From: a virus
IMG/VR virus record: IMGVR_UViG_3300037502_002220
Span: 41,445 to 105,444 of that record
Reading direction: 5' to 3' (one strand)
DNA length: 64,000 bases
Within the stretch, counting starts at the first letter, position 1. Each line of letters begins with the position of its first letter. Below, in pieces: positions 29,946 through 39,531 of this stretch. Under the pieces are notes generated by a model, which worked only from the letters and a program-made list of their open reading frames with translations, had not been told where the DNA came from and made no database searches. A program made the position numbers and the translations under genes.

Positions 29946-31816
29946 ATAAATAACGTTAACTGTGATTGTATCAAGCCTAGATCTGTTAAGATCTCTTCCG
30001 CCTTACGTTTGTAAAAATTGTAATCTATATTATAAGGTCCTTTAACATACTTATTAAATATCGTAACCTTAGTAGATTTGATATTACCTAGCGCATGTTT
30101 TTTACCTTGACGTTCTTTAAACAAAAAGTTTCCATCTTTGGAAACATAGTACACATTCAGTCGCTGTGGTAGTTGTTCATCACCTAAGTACATCGTATAA
30201 GATTTATCTATCTTTTGCGCACCACAAAAGTCGTAGATATCACACTTATCAAAAGTATCTTGTAATGGTATACCATATACGAGATAGTTCTGCACTGCTT
30301 TAGGTACTGCTAAGAAATCTACTTTATTACCTAAGTCTGGATCAGTAACAAACCAACCTTTTTCTTTAATGGAACCATCTGTAAACACACCTAGATAGCT
30401 ATTTACATTAAGCATGTAGAGTGTCTCATAGCTGAAGTGTTCTAGCTCAAAGCCAGTGTACGCTTCCCAAGCTTTACACTTAGCCATAAATTCATCAAAC
30501 CTATGCTCTGGTACATAAAGCTCAAAGCCATCTGTATTAGCCATAATAGGTTCACAGCCTAAGCTAATAGCTTCTTCCAGTAACATCAACAAAAACAACT
30601 GACCATTAATTGTAATCCTAAAAAAACTATATGGATCATATACTGGTGAGTTCTCTTGATTAAAGTTACCAATAGTACCATTAGCTGCTAGTTTAAGCAA
30701 GTTAGCTTCTGGTGATTTACCTTGACCAGAGTGTTTAAGTTTAAGTCTTTCTTTGCGAATATAACCTAGCTGCTCATGTAACTTACATTTTAATGTCTCA
30801 GCTAAAGCAGGATAATAACCAGCTACATCTAATGAATGGAATATATACCCTGGTTTTTGACGATACGTAGATGGTTTATTTTTACTGTGTAAACCACCTT
30901 GTTTAAGTTCAAACTGTACGTCAGCTAAAGTTACATTAAAGTGTAATGGTTTTTTACGATGATGCCTGTTGACTTTAGTTAGCAGTACTTTAAGTTCGTG
31001 TGATTTGAATTTGATGCGATCATCTACAACTTCATAAAAGAAGTTAAAGTCTCTAGGTTCTGAGATAGGTGTTTCTATCAGCTTAAGTGCTACGTTAAGA
31101 CCTAGTTTAACAGCATCAGCACTAAGTACAGATTTAGTAAACCCGTACTTTTGTATAGCTGCTTTACGTAGATCTATCATCTCTGGAAAAGTAGTTGATT
31201 TACCTTGCCAGTTAAATTTCTTGGTGAGTAGATACTTAAGAATACCTAAGTCATGAACTGAGTTATACTCTAATAGCTTCATGCGCATGTTATCCTGTAC
31301 TGGTTCATCTGGTCTAATAGGTAACTCTTGTATAACAGGATAACGTAATTGTACAGCTAAACCTTTAAGGCTTATCTTCTTAACGATACGTAGCATTCTA
31401 GACCAGTACGTAAATAAATCTATATCGTGCCACTTGTGATGCCATTTATATTTCTTGTAGTCTTCGTTCATAAACCACGTATCATCTGTAATTACCATAT
31501 CTGAAAACATCTTAATGTCTTCGTTCGTAGCTTCTGGATTAAGACGTACGTAGTTAAGTACAGGACAATCGTAGTGTATACCATTAAAGGTAACTACTTC
31601 AGTTCGTTTGTGATCTAGTAAGTTCAAGTAATGTATAAGTAATTGCCTATCGTCTTGGTACTTATCGTAAATAAAAACGTGGGTGCTACCATTAAAATCA
31701 GTAACACCCACGCAGAAGAAATTTACAAAGCACTCAACGTCTAACCCAACTCTAGTAGCATTACAGAGTTGCGTATAGGCGTACGGCATGTTTTGAATCA
31801 TAGAAGGTGTGGTCAT
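29942..31816 (-). CDS. Family B DNA polymerase
   Basis: Exonuclease motifs DVEC, FNGIHYD, YNSVHD; polymerase motifs LDVAGYYP, KLAANGTIG, NTDG. Confidence 0.88.
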   Translation of the reverse strand: MTTPSMIQNMPYAYTQLCNATRVGLDVECFVNFFCVGVTDFNGSTHVFIYDKYQDDRQLLIHYLNLLDHKRTEVVTFNGIHYDCPVLNYVRLNPEATNEDIKMFSDMVITDDTWFMNEDYKKYKWHHKWHDIDLFTYWSRMLRIVKKISLKGLAVQLRYPVIQELPIRPDEPVQDNMRMKLLEYNSVHDLGILKYLLTKKFNWQGKSTTFPEMIDLRKAAIQKYGFTKSVLSADAVKLGLNVALKLIETPISEPRDFNFFYEVVDDRIKFKSHELKVLLTKVNRHHRKKPLHFNVTLADVQFELKQGGLHSKNKPSTYRQKPGYIFHSLDVAGYYPALAETLKCKLHEQLGYIRKERLKLKHSGQGKSPEANLLKLAANGTIGNFNQENSPVYDPYSFFRITINGQLFLLMLLEEAISLGCEPIMANTDGFELYVPEHRFDEFMAKCKAWEAYTGFELEHFSYETLYMLNVNSYLGVFTDGSIKEKGWFVTDPDLGNKVDFLAVPKAVQNYLVYGIPLQDTFDKCDIYDFCGAQKIDKSYTMYLGDEQLPQRLNVYYVSKDGNFLFKERQGKKHALGNIKSTKVTIFNKYVKGPYNIDYNFYKRKAEEILTDLGLIQSQLTLFI

Positions 31817-32261
31817 GATACCTAATTACTTTTTCATTTTTAATAGTTCTTAACCATTTCTTGTCGGTTGCAATCTTTTCATTTGCAAAATACAATACTG
31901 TTTCTGGTAGAACTTTCTCTTCCATGACCAGTACTCTAAACGCAGCATCATAAGATTCTTGATTAGGTCTTTCATAAAAGTGCTTAGTTCTCACACCGTC
32001 GAATTGTCCTTTAGACAATATTACGGAACGAATACTAGTTTTCATACCTAATCTTAAAAAATATTTTTGCCTGTTTATTACAACTTGTGCTACAGCTAGT
32101 TTACCAACCATAGGTTGATTACCAGCTTCGCAGTAAATAAGTCTTGCAAGTAGTTGTAAATCATCACAAGACTTTGCTGATACTGTAATTGTATCACCGT
32201 GTGCTACATAAGTAGGTTCTGGTGGTACGAACATTAACATAAACCATAAACATAATTTCAT
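31761..32261 (-). CDS. SleB-like cell wall hydrolase (Hydrolase_2)
   Basis: LARLIYCEAGNQ..GKLAVAQVVINR..GQF..LYF..HTFY; hydrophobic N-terminus. Confidence 0.88.
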   Translation of the reverse strand: MKLCLWFMLMFVPPEPTYVAHGDTITVSAKSCDDLQLLARLIYCEAGNQPMVGKLAVAQVVINRQKYFLRLGMKTSIRSVILSKGQFDGVRTKHFYERPNQESYDAAFRVLVMEEKVLPETVLYFANEKIATDKKWLRTIKNEKVIRYHDHTFYDSKHAVRLYATL

Positions 32262-32311
32262 TATTATGTGTTTGGTGAACGAATAACAAGGTACTTACAC
32301 CTTGCCTTAGA

Positions 32312-32354
32312 CAAAAAAACTGTTTGAGTTAGGTGTTACCCTAACCCAAACAGT
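32312..32354 (-). terminator. Intrinsic terminator after the AAA ATPase
   Basis: actgtttgagttagg/cctaacccaaacagt stem followed by a T-tract on the - strand. Confidence 0.7.
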
Positions 32355-32426
32355 ATTGATACCTAGTCTATTGTAGGTAGATATCTACTAACTTATATGT
32401 AAAGTTAGAGAATTACCTTCAATAAA

Positions 32427-33860
32427 TCAACCCTTGTAGTCTTCAGAAGAAAACTCAGAGATAATACCAGGTGCAGCTTTCTGAAGAACAGTGTGCATAA
32501 CCTTACCAGCGTAGTACTCAAGACCAGCAGGTTTCTCTTGATCTTTGTGAATAAACGCATTGTGCTGTGTGATCTGAGAGATGTTAGCTTCGATGAAATC
32601 TTCGCTAAGTTCAATCTTGAGTTCTTCAGCAGCTAAGATCAGACGCTTGCACAACTGCGTAACCTCTGAGCCAGCAATGTTTTCTGGTAAACGATTTGCA
32701 AGCTTTTCTGTGTCGATGTTCTCAAAGCCAGCAATGTGACCCAAGTTAAGGTCCATGATGGTTTTAGACATCTCCTTAGTACAGTACGGAAACTCCACGA
32801 TGAAGTCAATCCTACCACTGCGACGGAAGCTCTGGTGAATACGATCGATGTTGTTTGTAGTAAATACAAAGATAACATCAGTATTCTTCAGGCTTTGACC
32901 ATCAATAGTGTTAAGGATATCGTTCATATCCGAGTTACGCTCGCCACCGAGAACATCGTCAATGTCTTCTGCAAACACTGTAGAGTAACCGTAGTTCTCC
33001 AAGTACGGAAGCAGTGTTTCGAGCTGGTTAGAGTTGTGCAGATAGAAGAATGTTCTACCAGCATCAATGGATTCTTTACCAAGACGGATAGCAGTTTCTG
33101 TTTTACCCGTACCATAAGGGCCATAGAACAACATCTTCTGAGACTTCTTGTTGTGAAGTTTTACATACGGAAGAATCAGGTTCGTAATCGTGACGTTGGT
33201 ATCACGACTAAGTACGATGTTCTTAGCTACCTTGAGGTTGATAGGGTGCATAAGCAAACCAGAACGCAGTTGTTCGATAGTAACAGCTTTCCCTTGCATT
33301 ACTTTGTTAGTAGCAACTTCTTTGCCGATGTTGCTCAAGAAGGCTTCTGCGGTTGCTTTGTACTTGTTCTTACACCGAATACCAATCGCACTTGGTGTCA
33401 ACGTAAGGATAGCATCATCCCATACTTTGATAACCATAGAGCCGATAAATGCAGATTCTTCGATTTTGTTACCTTGGTCATCAAAGCCAATAGGAATTTG
33501 CATGTACGTAGATTGCGTACGCTCACCAGTGTAATCACGTGGCGACTCGATGAACTTACCAATAGTCTTGGTAAGCACGCGGTTTACGGTAAGCAAGAAA
33601 TCGTTCAGGAAGAAATTAGGGTAGTTTTGAGATACTGTGGTGATGTTCTCCCTGTGTTCAAACAGCACTGTAAGTATTTCAGCACCGTGTAGTAAATCCA
33701 TGTTCCTAGGTAACAAAATGTACGGTTGATCATGATACAGAGGTTCTTCTGGAATCTTGTCAACTTTTGACTTGTAGCCGTTAGGCTTCACTGCTCTGAA
33801 GAGATCTTTGATAAACTCAAGACCTGCTGCAGATTGAACTTCTTTGACGTTTTTAGCCAT
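32427..33860 (-). CDS. Classic-clade AAA+ ATPase (likely start MAKNV at 33860)
   Basis: Walker A GPYGTGKT, Walker B FAEDID, SRH TTN..RRSGRID. ATG at 33860 has an A-rich leader; the TTG start at 33908 overlaps the last micro-ORF. Confidence 0.88.
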   Translation of the reverse strand: MAKNVKEVQSAAGLEFIKDLFRAVKPNGYKSKVDKIPEEPLYHDQPYILLPRNMDLLHGAEILTVLFEHRENITTVSQNYPNFFLNDFLLTVNRVLTKTIGKFIESPRDYTGERTQSTYMQIPIGFDDQGNKIEESAFIGSMVIKVWDDAILTLTPSAIGIRCKNKYKATAEAFLSNIGKEVATNKVMQGKAVTIEQLRSGLLMHPINLKVAKNIVLSRDTNVTITNLILPYVKLHNKKSQKMLFYGPYGTGKTETAIRLGKESIDAGRTFFYLHNSNQLETLLPYLENYGYSTVFAEDIDDVLGGERNSDMNDILNTIDGQSLKNTDVIFVFTTNNIDRIHQSFRRSGRIDFIVEFPYCTKEMSKTIMDLNLGHIAGFENIDTEKLANRLPENIAGSEVTQLCKRLILAAEELKIELSEDFIEANISQITQHNAFIHKDQEKPAGLEYYAGKVMHTVLQKAAPGIISEFSSEDYKG

Positions 33861-33894
33861 GATAAAGTGTTTATGAATAAATAAATAAATAGCC

Positions 33895-33996
33895 TTATTT
33901 GTGTGCAACTAATACCAATAACCCACCAGGTTGCTGATAAAAATCACAGTGTACATCTTTAGGGGCAATTAGCCAGTGTAAGTAGTATGCTTGCAT
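33895..33996 (-). CDS. Last array micro-ORF, MQAYYLHWLIAPKDVHCDFYQQPGGLLVLVAHK
   Basis: Manual translation, 33 aa. Confidence 0.6.
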   Translation of the reverse strand: MQAYYLHWLIAPKDVHCDFYQQPGGLLVLVAHK

Positions 33997-35779
33997 ACTT
34001 TAGTATTAAAAAGTAAGAAGTATTACTTAAGTTATTTTCTACTGGAATACGAATATACATGTGGTAATAGAACTTTATTGTGTTCATACTTTAAAGTTTA
34101 ATGTGTAGAAAATAGAAGTCTTTGCTAACAAGAATACAGTTCGTCGTTTCATAGACCACCAGTATTTTTTATTCACGTCAATGCTGTATATATTCATTTA
34201 CTGTATATATAGTTTTTGAACTAAATAACAATAGTTAAGTTCGTATACTAAACTGCAGTGAAAAGTAGGATGTACCCACTCCATGTTTTTAAATATCAAC
34301 ATATTAACTTATTTACTAATATGAATATTTTTGAAGCAGCGTGTATTCTAATTATAGTAGTGCGATAATTGTACGCAAACATTGTTGAAATACCTCTTAC
34401 TAACATAACATGTATTTTAACAAGGCTTTTACATCAACTCTATTTTCATTAGCATTGCTGAAGTAAAAGTCTTGTGCTCTTGTTAATCTTAGATTACTTA
34501 CCTCCATAGTACATACTTTAAGACTGGTACAAGATCAGCTTCTGGTTGATTTGCAAAATGTATTAGTTTTTTAGAACCGTAGTTACTTACATCGTAAAGT
34601 GTAGTACATCTCATACAATAAACTTTAAGCAGCAGTCGTGAAAAACAAGTTGTCTAGTAGAAGCTTTATGTAGTTCTTTACAACCAGCAGAGTAGTTTGT
34701 GAACCTAAGCATTACAAATGTCATAGTACAGGTATTTAATCATCAATAAATACTTAGTGTTATACATCTCTCCAGATATAAAACTACGTAGATTTTGTAT
34801 ATGGTATCTATTTAATCTTTCTGTAGGCATTATTGAAATTTTATAATTAATTGATAACTATTTCTAACCGTAGGTGAGTAAAACATCATATCAACTACAT
34901 GGTACCTTACTTTTATTACGTGCATTTTACAATTATTTTTACGTAGTGATCGTAATAAGGTTTCCACATGAACTTTCTACTTATACGAGCTCGTATGTAT
35001 TGTACTTCTTCACTCCACATATTTTATAGGTATTAGCGCATATGATTTTGTAAATGTATTTGGTCTGTACAATATCTCAGCGTGAGCTCTATCAAATAGA
35101 TAAACAGATTTAGCTGTGTTCATCGTTTTTTACATATGATTAAGTAAATAGTATTTACATTATCAAAATATAAATCACCGCACGATTCTTTCTTAGAACG
35201 GTAATAATACTGATAGTAAAAATCATCTGGTTCAAATTCCATAGTTTACAGTTTATATGTTTGTGATACAATAAAATGTAATTTAGTTCCACCAAACTTA
35301 ATAGTACTAATTACAACTTCTTGCATTAGAAAAAATATGTTCATAGCTGTTTGATTATAACACGGTGCCAGATATCTTCAGAGTAATGTTCTTTATCTAC
35401 AGACTTGTAAATTGTAAATAACTTTACAAATTGTGTAAGCATGCTAGTGGTATTTAAGCATTGTAATAAATGTATGTAGATGATACTCTATTGTTATAGC
35501 TGGGTAGCATTTAGGTACGTAGAACGTATAGCTTAGTTCCATAGTGTATATCTTACTTGTTTGCATGGTACGTGTTTTGTAATTATACCGAATGATTGCA
35601 TTGTGTACGTAAACATTAATTTATGCGGTATAAACGTTTTACTGCGATTAGGTACACAAATAATTAAAATTACTTCCATGATACACGTTTTACTACAATT
35701 CTAAACCCAGTATCTAGTATATTTCTATTAGGAAACCTGAGTTCGTGATTAGCTTGTACAACACCGTTTAGATATATCA

Positions 35780-35902
35780 TCATCGTATAAACTTTAGTGT
35801 TAGTATAAACCTATCTCTTTCTGTCATATTGTTGTGTATATATTGAATAACACTCTTACCCATACCTCTAAAATCTGGATATATACAAATTAAGATCATC
35901 AT
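35780..35902 (-). CDS. Array micro-ORF, MMILICIYPDFRGMGKSVIQYIHNNMTERDRFILTLKFIR
   Basis: Manual translation, 40 aa; ATGA overlaps on both sides. Confidence 0.7.
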   Translation of the reverse strand: MMILICIYPDFRGMGKSVIQYIHNNMTERDRFILTLKFIR

Positions 35903-36018
35903 AGTATTTGCTTTAGTGTTATTTTAAATACGTCGTATATAGTTAAGGTGTCTTGCAAAGATTGAGGACAATCTTTATTTGCATTAAATTTTGGGTAACA
36001 AACTATTATGTAAATCAT
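35899..36018 (-). CDS. Array micro-ORF, MIYIIVCYPKFNANKDCPQSLQDTLTIYDVFKITLKQIL
   Basis: Manual translation, 39 aa; ATGA overlaps. Confidence 0.7.
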   Translation of the reverse strand: MIYIIVCYPKFNANKDCPQSLQDTLTIYDVFKITLKQIL

Positions 36019-36360
36019 GATACATGTTTTAAGATAAGTTGAAATCTATCGTCGTACACAATATCAGCTACAAGGTTTGCTTCTACCCTACTCTTGTAAG
36101 CTGCAGGATTGCGTACAAATATTACTGCTAACATGGTATCTGTTTTAAGGTAACATGAAGTCTAAGCGCATTGATTGAAGGATGACCTAAACGTATGTGT
36201 GAAAATTGTTCAGATTTAATTTGTAGTTCTATGTATTTCATGGTATTTGTTTTAATATTACAGTAATTGTGCTTGTTTTAAGATAACACGATATCTTTCC
36301 ATACTAATTCCCATACCGTGAATATACGCTTGATAAATCGTATTAGGACTAGTTATTATG

Positions 36361-36474
36361 TCAATGTGAAACATGTACTTGTTTTAAGATAATAGAAAAG
36401 CTCTCACGACCACTGTATCCTAACATTATTACAGTTAAAAAAGCGGCTGTGTATCCATATGCGTCAGTTCTCAT
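36361..36474 (-). CDS. Array micro-ORF, MRTDAYGYTAAFLTVIMLGYSGRESFSIILKQVHVSH
   Basis: Manual translation, 37 aa; paralog of its upstream neighbour. Confidence 0.7.
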   Translation of the reverse strand: MRTDAYGYTAAFLTVIMLGYSGRESFSIILKQVHVSH

Positions 36475-36575
36475 GGTATTAATTTTAAAGTAATCGAAAA
36501 GCAATCATATCCGCTATGTCCTAGTTCGTGTACATAAATATAACTATACGCGTGTCCATATGCCCATGTGTTCAT
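36471..36575 (-). CDS. Array micro-ORF, MNTWAYGHAYSYIYVHELGHSGYDCFSITLKLIP
   Basis: Manual translation, 34 aa; ATGA overlaps. Confidence 0.7.
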   Translation of the reverse strand: MNTWAYGHAYSYIYVHELGHSGYDCFSITLKLIP

Positions 36576-37344
36576 AACATTAGTTTTAATATTATTGACA
36601 AATCATCTTGAACAACTTCGTTTAGTTCTACTTCATTAAAAGGTATTACGCCTTTTCCAATAAGTAAGTATATCGTATTCATAATACAAACTTTATCATA
36701 ACTAAAAAATCATCATCAAAAATTGGTATTAAACCACGGTCTTTGTTTACTAGCTTACAAGAATAAAAAGAGTAACCTACGTAACTTGTTAAGTCCATAA
36801 TATTTTGATTGTGATTAAAACACTGTCGTCTGCGTAAAATATGTGATCTACAAGTGTTATGTATTTTGTGTCCATAATATTAGTTTTAACGTAATTACAA
36901 AATCTTCGCACATAGCATTTGAACGTTTGATTTCACGTGCTGTAAGTAATGATTCAGATACTAGTATTCTGTAATATTCCACTTTAAGGTTATTAAAACA
37001 TTATCGTATAAGTTTACACCCCTGTACGAATTAAAATATGTACTAGACATTATTTCTCGTCCAAGAAGTTTAACTGCTTCTAAACGTCGTATTTCCATGT
37101 CAGTATAATTAAGAAATCTTTATCCTCAAGTTTTGTTCTTTTTAATCTATCCAGTAAATGTTCATTACCATGTGTACCAATAGGCATACATAGATCTAAC
37201 ATTGTAAAGTATTTTACTTCCATCACATGTATTTAACCGTAAAAATAAAATCATTCTTGACGTAGCTACAATTACTAAATGCTAGGTAATCTAAATACAG
37301 TTTACAATCTATACTATGTACCCACATTGTTAAGTCTGTAAATT

Positions 37345-37467
37345 TCATACCATGTGTTTATTTGCTAATTGTAAAATAACCTTAAGATGTGCACAGTTAA
37401 CATAAGGTGGAATAAACACATCATTATCTAATAAAATGTATTCCCAATCCCTATATTCTACTTGCAT
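37345..37467 (-). CDS. Array micro-ORF, MQVEYRDWEYILLDNDVFIPPYVNCAHLKVILQLANKHMV
   Basis: Manual translation, 40 aa. Confidence 0.7.
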   Translation of the reverse strand: MQVEYRDWEYILLDNDVFIPPYVNCAHLKVILQLANKHMV

Positions 37468-37577
37468 ACCATGTACTTTTTTATAAGCCTAAAGTTAGGT
37501 TTAAAGAAAGCGTATTTAATAACATAGGGCTCAAGAAACACGTCTGTAGTATAGTTCCAACCAGTTTCTACTTTCAC
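37458..37577 (-). CDS. Array micro-ORF, MKVETGWNYTTDVFLEPYVIKYAFFKPNFRLIKKYMVCK (GTG start)
   Basis: Manual translation, 39 aa; GTGA overlap. Confidence 0.65.
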   Translation of the reverse strand: MKVETGWNYTTDVFLEPYVIKYAFFKPNFRLIKKYMVCK

Positions 37578-38373
37578 GATATTTGTTTTACAGTAATTAA
37601 AGGTAGTACAGTAGGCTTACTTATTCTGCGATCAGCATCATACATTGGATTTGATATAGGAAGGTTTACGTAAAAGGTCATAAATGCTATCATAATCTGT
37701 ATTTTAGTACAAATATTACAATGTCTATCTTAGGTGCATGTTTTAGCTTGTCGTGAAATCTATAGCCATCAAAGGTATAGTCTAATGAAGCTTTCATACA
37801 AATATTTTACTGATGACTAAAAGAGATCTACCTGCGTAAGTTGTTTTTAATTTTCCACTAGAACTGTCGACCCATAAAATGTATAGCAACCTCATTCTGC
37901 ATGTTTTATAGTAATGAATAAACATATTCCACATTTACCAGATCTTCTGTCATTCTTAAGGTTAGTACCTACGACACTGTGTGTTATAATCATTGTATGT
38001 GTTTTAAACTAATTCTAAATCTAAGTACAGTAATGACATAGGCTTTAAGATCCATTTTTAGCACTAAGTCACTGTTCTTTAATGTCTCAACAAATCCTAC
38101 AAATTTCATGGTATGTATTTTACAATAGCTCCAAAATTACTTGCGTTATGGTTCAAGTTTAAATAATCTACAGCTTCGTGTAAACGTATAGTCATGTAGT
38201 TATTTATGTACGGTGTAGTAACTGCTCTGTACATCATTAAGTCTATAAATTTCATGATACAAGTTTTAATGTAAACAAATGTCCACGACTTTGCCGAGAT
38301 GCGTTCATTACATAGGTTTTTGCACGTGTCCGATCACTTGTAAATGGGAGGTATGCAATTATGTGCCTTATTT

Positions 38374-38481
38374 TCACGGTATTATTTTTAATGTAATTAA
38401 TAATCTTTTTGGTATCGTACTTCTTATCAATCTTATGTTGAGGAAGTCAGTGTCATTTTTAAATATTTGTACAAATTTCAT
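38374..38481 (-). CDS. Array micro-ORF, MKFVQIFKNDTDFLNIRLIRSTIPKRLLITLKIIP
   Basis: Manual translation, 35 aa. Confidence 0.7.
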   Translation of the reverse strand: MKFVQIFKNDTDFLNIRLIRSTIPKRLLITLKIIP

Positions 38482-38609
38482 AAAACTAGCTTTAGCATAA
38501 CGTAAAATGAATAAGGAGGTACGTTATCTAATTGTAATACCTCAAGTACGTGTTCTGTTAACGTGCATACAGACTCGTCTTTAACAAGTATCATTTCAAT
38601 AAATCTCAT
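38478..38609 (-). CDS. Array micro-ORF, MRFIEMILVKDESVCTLTEHVLEVLQLDNVPPYSFYVMLKLVL
   Basis: Manual translation, 43 aa. Confidence 0.7.
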   Translation of the reverse strand: MRFIEMILVKDESVCTLTEHVLEVLQLDNVPPYSFYVMLKLVL

Positions 38610-38630
38610 GATTTAAGTTTTAACAGGGTT

Positions 38631-38846
38631 TTACGTAAGTGGTCCAAAATATCTTCTGTTAATTTCAGTTAACAGCGCACTTCTTAAAACAATTAATCCT
38701 ATGTGAAAACTTTTTGCAAGATTGTATTTAAAAATTAATTGCCTGACAATTGAATTTTCATTAAAAGCTAATGATTCAGACTCTTTAGAAATGCCCATTA
38801 ATTCTTCTGTAGATAATTCTTTTAGGTATTCAGCTAATGTTTCCAT
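38631..38846 (-). CDS. 71-aa hypothetical protein embedded in the micro-ORF array
   Basis: ORF track; longer, more charged and lacking the array's terminal pattern. Confidence 0.7.
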   Translation of the reverse strand: METLAEYLKELSTEELMGISKESESLAFNENSIVRQLIFKYNLAKSFHIGLIVLRSALLTEINRRYFGPLT

Positions 38847-39531
38847 GATTTATGTTTTAAAATAATTTGAAAATGTGTACGTTTTACAGAGTAGCTCAAA
38901 TCGAGCACTAAAATCTTATAGTCACTTAAGTAATAAACTAAAGTGTTCACAGTTTATGTTTTTGCACAAAAAAGAAGTAATTACAATCTTTAAAATCGTA
39001 ATCTATAACTGTACATATTTCTGCAAAGTTGATTGTTAAAAGTGTATAGCTATTTTTGAATATTAATACTATATAAACATTGCTCATAGCTTATATTTTA
39101 ATAAGATATTGTAATGAAGCATGTAATTACCTCTACCTGTGAGATATACATCTATACCATTGTGGCGTATATCTAACAATAATCTGAGTGTGTTCATTTT
39201 CTGTATTTTATTACAGCCCAGAAATGCATCAATAAACCTGTACCTATATGTCGATGTAATATTATATTACCATCTGTAGATTTAAAGTTTGATATCTCAA
39301 GTACTCCTAAGTAGTTCATAATGCCAGTTTTAGTAGTGATAAATAACAAAAATCAAGCCTTAAAAAGTGGTTTGTTTCATCGTGGTGTGAGTATGTTATA
39401 CATATGTACATAGAATAAATTTCAGATAGATACATAACTAGGTATGTATTTTAATATTAAATGAGGTGTTATCTTAGCCATAGACATTGTCATAGAATAT
39501 ACGTTGATGTCTGCAAATAAAAGTACCGTCT

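Noticed and set aside
32736-33692. 318-aa + strand ORF
   Set aside because: Antisense shadow of the AAA ATPase, explained by its codon bias; no motifs and opposite to the local gene direction.
36471-36575. HELGH (HExxH) metalloprotease motif in a micro-ORF
   Set aside because: 34 aa is too small for a zincin fold, and the adjacent paralog lacks the motif.
38279-38500. 73-aa + strand ORF within the array
   Set aside because: Antisense to coupled micro-ORFs that fit the array pattern.
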